Shown here: positions 1 through 7,736 of the stretch, piece by piece | How positions within the stretch are numbered: the stretch's first letter is position 1 | How the letters are laid out: every line of letters begins with the position of its first letter | Assembly: GCA_040080645.1 (NCBI GenBank) | Contig: JBEBIA010000003.1 | Coordinates: 11,575 to 75,574 of the forward strand | Length of the DNA: 64,000 bases | Origin: Thiobacillus sp. | GTDB lineage: Bacteria > Pseudomonadota > Gammaproteobacteria > Burkholderiales > Thiobacillaceae | Direction of reading: 5' to 3' | Notes under the pieces: model-generated | The model's input: only the letters and a program-made list of their open reading frames with translations | Told to the model about the DNA's origin: nothing | Database searches by the model: none | Position numbers and translations under genes: made by a program

Positions 1-883
<883 letters not shown>

Positions 884-908
884 GGTTTCCCCTTCTGGGA
901 TTGCCCGC

Positions 909-934
909 AAAGCCCCGCTTCGGTGGGGCTTTTT
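909..934 (+). terminator. Rho-independent terminator of groEL
   Basis: AAAGCCCCGC-TTCG-GTGGGGC-TTTTT: GC stem, 4-nt loop, U-tract 25 nt after the stop. Confidence 0.9.
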
Positions 935-981
935 CATGCGCGCTCCGCTATGATCTGATCAGCGATGATCCGGAGACTCGC

Positions 982-2871
982 ATGTCCCATATCCAGCCGC
1001 TTGCCAACAGCCTGCACCGTGCCACGCTCGATGCACTGCAACGTCAGTCGCCGTTTTCAGCAATGCCAGCCGACGAAGTTATGTGGTTGGTACAGCGTCT
1101 GTCGGTGGCCTATTTTCCGCACGACACCACCTTGCTGGCGCCTGCCGACGCTGCGGCCAGCACACTCTTCATCATCAAGCAGGGCACCGTCAGCGGCGCG
1201 ACCGCCGAGGGGCAGACCATCCTGCAATTGGCCCCCGGCGAAATGTTTCCCCTTGGTGCCTTGCTGGCCGGACGCGGTGTCGCCAATCGCTACCTCGCGA
1301 CAACGGACACTTTTTGCTATCAACTGCCCGCCGCCGATTTCCATGTCTTGCTGGCCAAAAGTGCCGCGTTCCATGATTTCTGCACACGCCGCATCGCCAG
1401 CCTGCTCGAGGAATCACACCGCTCGGTGCAGTCGGAATACGCGCTGGCGCTCGACGACGAAAGTCGCTTTGCGCGCCCGCTCGCCAGCCTGATCCGGCGT
1501 TCGCCACTGAGCGTGCCATCCACCACACCGCTTGCCGACGCGCTGACGAAAATGGAAACCACGCGGGTTGGCTCGGTTGTCGTCATCGATCACGCTGCAC
1601 AACCCATCGGCATTCTCACGCTGAAAGACGTACTGGCGCGCGTCACGCTGCCTGGTGTGCCGCTAGCCACACCGATCAACGCGGTGATGACGCCGAACCC
1701 GGCCACACTTTCTGTAGACGCGCCGGTGGCCGATGCGCTGGTACTGATGGCGCGCCAAGGCATTCATCATCTTCCGCTGCTGCGCGACGGCAAGCTGGTG
1801 GGCGTGGTGTCGGAAAAGGACATCTTCGCATTGCGCCGCTTGTCAGTGGAGGGGATCACCACAGCATTGGCGCGCATTGATGACCCTGCGCGACTGCCCG
1901 CTCTGGCCCAGGACATCGGCGATCTGGCGCACAGCCTGCTGGCGCAGGGCATGGATGCGGAGAACCTCACCGCGATCATCTCCAGCCTGAACGACCGCGT
2001 CACCGAGCGCATCATCGCGCTGGAAAGCGAAGCCGACCACGCGCTCGCAGGCTTGCGCTGGTGCTGGCTGGCACTCGGTTCGGAAGGGCGCATGGAGCAG
2101 ACACTCGCCACTGATCAGGACAATGCACTGATTTTTCAAACCACCAACGACACGCAGCACACCGCGTTGCTGGCATTTGCCGAGCGCGTCAACGCGCGCC
2201 TCGACGCCTGCGGGTTTCCGCTGTGCAAGGGCGGTATCATGGCCAGCAATCCGAAATGGTGCCTGTCGGCGGCGGACTGGCAGCGCCAGTTCACCGAATG
2301 GATCGACCACGGCTCGCCCGAGGCGCTGCTGCATGCCAGCATCTTTTTCGATTTTCGCCCACTGGCGGGCGATACCGCACTGGCGCTTGAACTACGCGAC
2401 TGGCTGAATTGGGCGGCGCAGCGGAACCCGCGTTTCCTCCACCAGATGGCGGGCAACGCGCTGCGCAACCGCCCGCCACTGGGAGTCGTGCGTGACTTCG
2501 TGCTGTCGGAGGACGAGACTCACCCCCACACGCTAGACCTCAAGCTCAACGGCGCCACGCCTTTTGTCGATGCCGCGCGCATTTTCGCGCTGGCCACCGG
2601 CAGCCCGCAGACCAATACCGCCAAGCGCCTGCGCGAAGCCGCCCATGCGCTGCATGTTCCCGACGCCGAGCTGGCAGACTGGAACCGCGCCTTTCATTTT
2701 CTGCAGCTGCTGCGACTGCGCCACCAGCATACCCAGTTGCGCGCTGGTCACGCGCCCGACAACCACATCGATCCTGACACGCTGAATCCCCTCGACCGTC
2801 GCATCTTTAAAGAGGCGCTGCGGCAGGCGCGCAAGGTGCAGACCCGACTGGCGATGGACTACAAGCTGTGA
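982..2871 (+). CDS. DUF294 nucleotidyltransferase-like protein with cNMP-binding and CBS domains
   Basis: N-terminal cNMP fold (FIIKQGTV, GEMFP), a CBS pair, the motif WLALGSEGRMEQTLATDQDNAL, and a C-terminal DUF294_C-like region (DLKLNGATPFVDAARIFAL). Start chosen at ATG 982 after GGAG; the longer 607 ORF start is an artefact. Confidence 0.9.
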   Translation: MSHIQPLANSLHRATLDALQRQSPFSAMPADEVMWLVQRLSVAYFPHDTTLLAPADAAASTLFIIKQGTVSGATAEGQTILQLAPGEMFPLGALLAGRGVANRYLATTDTFCYQLPAADFHVLLAKSAAFHDFCTRRIASLLEESHRSVQSEYALALDDESRFARPLASLIRRSPLSVPSTTPLADALTKMETTRVGSVVVIDHAAQPIGILTLKDVLARVTLPGVPLATPINAVMTPNPATLSVDAPVADALVLMARQGIHHLPLLRDGKLVGVVSEKDIFALRRLSVEGITTALARIDDPARLPALAQDIGDLAHSLLAQGMDAENLTAIISSLNDRVTERIIALESEADHALAGLRWCWLALGSEGRMEQTLATDQDNALIFQTTNDTQHTALLAFAERVNARLDACGFPLCKGGIMASNPKWCLSAADWQRQFTEWIDHGSPEALLHASIFFDFRPLAGDTALALELRDWLNWAAQRNPRFLHQMAGNALRNRPPLGVVRDFVLSEDETHPHTLDLKLNGATPFVDAARIFALATGSPQTNTAKRLREAAHALHVPDAELADWNRAFHFLQLLRLRHQHTQLRAGHAPDNHIDPDTLNPLDRRIFKEALRQARKVQTRLAMDYKL

Positions 2872-3566
2872 CCTGGCCGTTCCGCCGCCAGCGCCAGCCT
2901 GCACTGGACGTGGCTAGTCTCGGGCGTCGCGACGCGTTGCGCAGACAGACCTTCGACCTGAAGCAGCCGCTCGCTCACACGCGCTGGGTCGTGGTTGACG
3001 TTGAAACCGGCGGGCTGGATGCGGAGCGCGATCCCTTGCTGTCAATCGGCGCGGTAGCGATCGAGCACGGTCGCATCGCGGTCGGTCCCAGTCTGGAAAT
3101 CGGGCTGAAGCAAGCGCAATCGACTGCCGCCGCCAACATCCTGATTCACGGCATCAGCGGTAACGAGCAGCGCGCCGGAGAAGCTCCGGATGTGGCCCTG
3201 CTCGACTGGCTCGAATTCGCGCAGAACGCGCCGTGCGTGGCTTTCCATGCCGCCTTCGACCAGGCCGTGCTGCGACGTGAAGTGCAGGCGCAACTGGGCT
3301 TGCCGTCAAAAGCGCCCTGGTTCGATGCTGCCGTGGTCGCGCCGCTGCTGTTTCCTGACGCAGCAGCGCAGTGCCGCCAGCTCGACGACTGGCTGGCGCA
3401 TTTCGGCATCACCGCGTACGCCCGACACGGCGCACTCGCCGATGCCTGCGCCACCGCCGAATTGTGGCTCGTGTTGCTGGCGGCTGCCCAGCGAGAACAC
3501 ATCGAGACAGCCCGCCAGCTGCAACGCCTGCTGGGCGCCCGGCGCTGGCTGACGCCGCATTATTAA
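2868..3566 (+). CDS. DEDDh 3'-5' exonuclease (DNA polymerase III epsilon-like)
   Basis: VVVDVETGGLD, FHAAFD, RHGALADA motifs; GTGA overlap with the DUF294 gene. Confidence 0.9.
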   Translation: MTWPFRRQRQPALDVASLGRRDALRRQTFDLKQPLAHTRWVVVDVETGGLDAERDPLLSIGAVAIEHGRIAVGPSLEIGLKQAQSTAAANILIHGISGNEQRAGEAPDVALLDWLEFAQNAPCVAFHAAFDQAVLRREVQAQLGLPSKAPWFDAAVVAPLLFPDAAAQCRQLDDWLAHFGITAYARHGALADACATAELWLVLLAAAQREHIETARQLQRLLGARRWLTPHY

Positions 3567-3690
3567 TTTTGCTGATACCGCAAAAGTAATTGTGGTGGTT
3601 GTCATAAATCCTTAAACTTCGCGCACGCGCGCAACACTCAATAAACCCGGGCATAAGCGCGTGCCCACCATCATGCAAAGGAGAGACGCC

Positions 3691-3957
3691 ATGCAGTTGT
3701 CGGAGAGACATCAAGAATACTGGCGCAAGAACCTGCGACTCACTGCGGTGTTACTTGTCATCTGGTTTGTGGTGACCTTCGTGGTCATCTACTTCGCCCC
3801 CCAGCTCAATAACATTGTCATCATGGGTTTCCCCTTCGCCTTTTACATGGCGGCTCAGGGCTCACTCATCATCTATGTCCTCGTCATCTGGTTTTATGCC
3901 CACCGCATGAACCAGCTGGACAAGGAATTCGGCGTCCACGAGGGAGATGAAGAATGA
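3691..3957 (+). CDS. DUF4212 small membrane subunit of a solute:sodium symporter
   Basis: YWRKNL...GFPFAFYMAAQGS motif, two hydrophobic segments, RBS AGGAG, ATGA overlap with the symporter. Confidence 0.88.
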   Translation: MQLSERHQEYWRKNLRLTAVLLVIWFVVTFVVIYFAPQLNNIVIMGFPFAFYMAAQGSLIIYVLVIWFYAHRMNQLDKEFGVHEGDEE

Positions 3958-6089
3958 GCACCCAAACCCAAAGCCAGTTCTTCCAGCAACTGAAAAAGTA
4001 CTACACCTTCTACACCGGCGGCTTCATCGCCTTCGTCATCGTGCTCGCCATCCTCGAGCAGATGGGGCTGGCGCCGAAGTACATCGGCTACATCTTCCTC
4101 GCCGCGACCATCTCGCTGTATGCGGGCATCGGCATCATGTCGAAGACGGCCGACGTGTCGGAATACTACGTCGCCGGACGCCGCGTGCCTGCGCTGTTCA
4201 ACGGCATGGCCACCGGTGCCGACTGGATGTCGGCTGCGTCCTTCATCGGCATGGCCGGCACTCTGTATCTGAGCGGCTTTGATGGCCTGGCCTTCATCCT
4301 GGGCTGGACCGGCGGCTACGTGCTGGTGGCGCTGCTGCTCGCGCCCTACCTGCGCAAGTTCGGCCAGTTCACCATTCCTGACTTCCTCGGCGCGCGTTTC
4401 GGCGGCAATCTGCCGCGCACCATCGGCGTCGTCGCGGCCATCATCTGCTCGTTCGTCTACGTGGTCGCGCAGATTTATGGTGTGGGCCTGATTACCGCCC
4501 GCCTCACCGGCCTGGAATTCCAGGTCGGCGTGTTCGCCGGCCTGGCCGGCATCCTGGTGTGCTCCTTCCTCGGCGGCATGCGCGCGGTGACCTGGACCCA
4601 GGTCGCGCAGTACATCATCCTGATCCTTGCCTACATGATTCCGGTGGTGTGGCTGTCGGTGAACATCACCGGCAACCCGATTCCACAGATCGCCTACGGC
4701 CAGGTGCTGCAGCAGGTCACGGCCAAGGAAAAAGAACTGAACGATCCGACCACGGTGCTGGGTGCCGCCGAAGCTTCGGTGCGCGCGTTGCACAAGGAGA
4801 AGCAGCTCGCTGCCGGTTCTGCCGACACCCTGGTGGGCGAAGCCCGCGCCAAGCTTGATACCGAGCTGGCCGAACTGAACGCCGCGCCGGAACTCGACGC
4901 CAAGAAGATCGAAGCCAAGGCCAAGGAAATCGCCGACCTGACCGGCCCCGACGCCCTGATGGCCAAGCTGAAAAAAGCCGCCGAGGGTGCCAAGAAAGCG
5001 TCCGGTCCGGTCGCGGCACACGCCACGGCTTTCTCCGGCAAGGGTGCCGAGAAGAAGTTGCTGAAGGACAACCCCAGCGCGACCGAGGCTGAAATCGCCA
5101 CCGCGAAGGCCGAGGACGAAAAAGTCTCCAACGAGAAGCGCCGCAACTTCATCGCGCTGGTACTGTGTCTGATGGTCGGCACCGCCTCGCTGCCACACAT
5201 CCTGATGCGCTACTACACCACGCCGTCGGTGCGCGATGCTCGCAAGTCGGTGTTCTGGTCGCTGTTCTTCATTTTCCTGCTGTACTTCACCGCGCCGGCG
5301 CTGGCGGTGCTGGTCAAGTCCGTGGTCTACAACAACGTGATCGGCTCATCGTTCGCCTCGTTGCCGGCCTGGGTAGCCAACTGGGCGGCGGTGGATCCGA
5401 CGCTGATGAAAATCACCGACATGAACAAGGACGGTCTGGTGCAGCTCGCCGAAATGACCATCGGTGGCGACCTCATCGTGCTGGCGACGCCGGAAATCGC
5501 GGGTCTGCCGTACGTGATCTCGGGCCTGGTGGCGGCGGGCGGTCTGGCTGCGGCGCTGTCCACGGCGGACGGCCTGCTGCTGACCATCGCCAACGCGCTG
5601 TCGCACGACGTCTACTACAAGATGATCGACCCGAAAGCGTCGACCGTCCGCCGTCTGGCCATCTCCAAGGGTCTGTTGCTGGTGGTCGCCCTGCTGGCCG
5701 CGTACACCGCTTCTCTGAAACCGGGTGACATCCTGTTCCTGGTCGGTGCCGCGTTCTCGCTGGCCGCTTCGGCGTTCTTCCCGGCGCTGGTGCTCGGCGT
5801 GTTCTGGAAGCGCGCCAACCACCTCGGTGCGGTCATCGGCATGCTGGCTGGCCTGATCGTGTGCATGTACTACATGTACATCACCTACGACTTCTTCGGC
5901 GGCGTCGCAGCCAACGAATGGTTCGCCATCAAGCCGATCGCTGCCGGCGTGTTTGGCATGCCGGCCGGCTTCCTCGGCGTGATCGTCGGCTCACTGCTCT
6001 CCAGTGCGCCCGCCAAGGAAATTCAGGACCTGGTCGACCATGTGCGCTATCCGAATCTGGAAGGCGACATCGACACCCGCGCAGCCTGA
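3954..6089 (+). CDS. Sodium:solute symporter (ActP-related, VC_2705-like subfamily)
   Basis: YYVAGRRVPALFNGMATGADWMSAASF, GTASLPHILMRYYT, GLAAALSTADGLLL; many TM segments. Confidence 0.93.
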   Translation: MSTQTQSQFFQQLKKYYTFYTGGFIAFVIVLAILEQMGLAPKYIGYIFLAATISLYAGIGIMSKTADVSEYYVAGRRVPALFNGMATGADWMSAASFIGMAGTLYLSGFDGLAFILGWTGGYVLVALLLAPYLRKFGQFTIPDFLGARFGGNLPRTIGVVAAIICSFVYVVAQIYGVGLITARLTGLEFQVGVFAGLAGILVCSFLGGMRAVTWTQVAQYIILILAYMIPVVWLSVNITGNPIPQIAYGQVLQQVTAKEKELNDPTTVLGAAEASVRALHKEKQLAAGSADTLVGEARAKLDTELAELNAAPELDAKKIEAKAKEIADLTGPDALMAKLKKAAEGAKKASGPVAAHATAFSGKGAEKKLLKDNPSATEAEIATAKAEDEKVSNEKRRNFIALVLCLMVGTASLPHILMRYYTTPSVRDARKSVFWSLFFIFLLYFTAPALAVLVKSVVYNNVIGSSFASLPAWVANWAAVDPTLMKITDMNKDGLVQLAEMTIGGDLIVLATPEIAGLPYVISGLVAAGGLAAALSTADGLLLTIANALSHDVYYKMIDPKASTVRRLAISKGLLLVVALLAAYTASLKPGDILFLVGAAFSLAASAFFPALVLGVFWKRANHLGAVIGMLAGLIVCMYYMYITYDFFGGVAANEWFAIKPIAAGVFGMPAGFLGVIVGSLLSSAPAKEIQDLVDHVRYPNLEGDIDTRAA

Positions 6090-6122
6090 TTGCTGCACCC
6101 TGCGCGTCCACGGGCGCGCAAC

Positions 6123-6155
6123 AAAAAAGCCAGCCTCACGGGGCTGGCTTTTTTT
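6123..6155. terminator. Bidirectional Rho-independent terminator
   Basis: AAAAAAGCCAGCC-loop-GGCTGGCTTTTTTT between convergent genes. Confidence 0.88.
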
Positions 6156-6173
6156 CGCCTTCAAAATCTCATC

Positions 6174-6755
6174 TCAATCCAGTCGGTGCGCGTAATCGCT
6201 GCGTCTGGTTTCACGGATCAGCCGCTGTGCAGTTTGCGGATCGTGCGTCAGCGTGTGCTCGATCACTGCCGCCACCTTGTCGGGTTCGTTGCAGTGCTGC
6301 CACGCCATCCCCAGCGCATACCAGGCCAGTCCGTTCATCGGTTGCAGACGTCCCGCTTCGGTCAGCGCCGCCGCCGCGTCCGCGTGGCGACCATGTCGCG
6401 CATGCAGCATGCCCAGTCCGTACCAGGCGCGATCATTGTTGGGATCGAGTGCGGTCGCGCGCTGGAACGCCACGATCGCGGCGTCGTCCATGCCTCCCTT
6501 GTCGCGCACATACGCCAGATTGAACCACGCATGCCCATCGCCTGGCGCAAGCTCGACCGCACGTTGCAACCACTGTTCCGCTTCGGTCCAGTGTTCCTGC
6601 TGCGCTTCCAGCCAGCCCAGCGTCAGCAGTGTGCCAACGTGGGTCGGATCGGCACGATGGCTCTCGCGATACGCAGCCAACGCCCTTTCCGGCTGGCGCA
6701 GCATGGTAAAGAATACGCCCCGCAGGCCATGCCGCCCCCGGTCGAAATTCGTCAT
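6174..6755 (-). CDS. Tetratricopeptide repeat protein
   Basis: Repeated TPR helices (AWFNLAYV, AWYGLGML, AWYALGMA). Start set at MTNFDRG (6755); the longer ORF runs antisense to the next gene. Confidence 0.8.
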   Translation of the reverse strand: MTNFDRGRHGLRGVFFTMLRQPERALAAYRESHRADPTHVGTLLTLGWLEAQQEHWTEAEQWLQRAVELAPGDGHAWFNLAYVRDKGGMDDAAIVAFQRATALDPNNDRAWYGLGMLHARHGRHADAAAALTEAGRLQPMNGLAWYALGMAWQHCNEPDKVAAVIEHTLTHDPQTAQRLIRETRRSDYAHRLD

Positions 6756-6854
6756 GCGATTCCTGCCCTGTATAGTCAGCGCGCATTGTCGCGGCCGGGC
6801 GGCATACTGACAAGCTGCGATAAAATTGCGGGCTTCGACACACAGGCCTTTCCC

Positions 6855-7154
6855 ATGCCGTTCGACATCCTGCTGGTTTCCATTTTGCGCACCCTCGTCG
6901 AAGTCGCCGGTTTTGCCTTGCTCGGGCAAGGCGCCCTGGCCGTACTGGCCGGGAAATACCGCGAACAGAACGCTTTCTACCGCGTGCTGCGCGTCGTCAC
7001 CGGCCCGGTGGTGCGCACCGTGCGCTTGATCACTCCACGCCTCGTCGTTGATGCACATATCCCCTACGTGACCTTCTTCGTGCTGTTCTGGCTGTGGATC
7101 ATGCTGGCGCTGGCCAAGCGCCATCTATGCGGCCTGCACGGGCTCGTCTGCTGA
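6855..7154 (+). CDS. Small membrane protein, YggT-like
   Basis: 99-aa hydrophobic ORF with NAFYRVLRVVTGPVVR resembling the YggT NP.Y.....T.P pattern. Confidence 0.6.
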   Translation: MPFDILLVSILRTLVEVAGFALLGQGALAVLAGKYREQNAFYRVLRVVTGPVVRTVRLITPRLVVDAHIPYVTFFVLFWLWIMLALAKRHLCGLHGLVC

Positions 7155-7175
7155 GCCCATCAGCACGGCTTTTTC

Positions 7176-7204
7176 TTGACGGGAAGACGCCAAACCGTTA
7201 AATT
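7176..7204 (+). promoter_or_regulatory. Sigma-70 promoter of tRNA-Phe
   Basis: TTGACG-17 nt-TAAATT followed by a GC-rich discriminator (GCGGCC), 13 nt upstream of the tRNA. Confidence 0.7.
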
Positions 7205-7217
7205 GCGGCCTCTTTTT

Positions 7218-7293
7218 GGCCAGTTAGCTCAGTTGGTAGAGCAGCGGATTGAAAATCCGCGTGTCCTTGGTTCGATTCCGAGACTGGCCACCA
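7218..7293 (+). tRNA. tRNA-Phe (GAA)
   Basis: 76 nt; acceptor GGCCAGT/ACTGGCC, D-loop AGTTGGTA, anticodon stem GCGGA-TTGAAAA-TCCGC, TTCGATT loop, encoded CCA. Confidence 0.98.
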
Positions 7294-7299
7294 GTATTC

Positions 7300-7329
7300 A
7301 AGACGGCTCACAGCAATGTGAGCCGTTTT
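7300..7329. terminator. Terminator after tRNA-Phe (probably bidirectional)
   Basis: AAGACGGCTCAC-AGCAAT-GTGAGCCGTTTT hairpin between convergent genes. Confidence 0.82.
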
Positions 7330-7349
7330 CATTTGGCGACGACGCGTAA

Positions 7350-7736
7350 TCAGGTCGTCGCGGGCAGCCAGGCTTGCAAGGTATGACGCAGGTGAGCTTC
7401 GGCTACGGGGAGTGGCAGCGCAACATCGACGCGCAAGCGGGCGCTCACGGTATCGAGTACGGTCTGGTGCGCGGCCTCATAAAACACCAGAATTTTGGTG
7501 GTGGGCGACGCCTGCGCGGTGGCGAGCAGCGATTCGAGATTGGATAAGCGATCGCGGAAATCGGACTGATGGAAAAAATCAGCGACGAGGACTGCCGGTG
7601 GCGTTTTGCGGACGAACGCAATGGCCTTGCGTTCGGTCCATTCAGCGGCGACCTGGTAGCCGAGTTCCTGATACAGTTTTTTGTAACCCGCCGTGCCGAT
7701 GAAGGCGTTGACCATGAGCAGCGTGGGCGCGCTCAT
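7350..7736 (-). CDS. Conserved hypothetical protein with an atypical receiver (CheY-like) fold
   Basis: Alternating beta/alpha pattern (LLMVN, VLVADFF, ILVFYE, VALPLP); ATGA overlap with the topA stop. Confidence 0.65.
   Translation of the reverse strand: MSAPTLLMVNAFIGTAGYKKLYQELGYQVAAEWTERKAIAFVRKTPPAVLVADFFHQSDFRDRLSNLESLLATAQASPTTKILVFYEAAHQTVLDTVSARLRVDVALPLPVAEAHLRHTLQAWLPATT

Noticed and set aside
6090-7154. 354-aa plus-strand ORF and 316-aa minus-strand ORF
   Set aside because: Each is a short real gene (6855-7154 + and 6174-6755 -) extended as the antisense of the other.
7218-7349. tRNA-Phe as an island integration site
   Set aside because: No integrase, duplicated tRNA 3' end or compositional shift; core genes follow directly.
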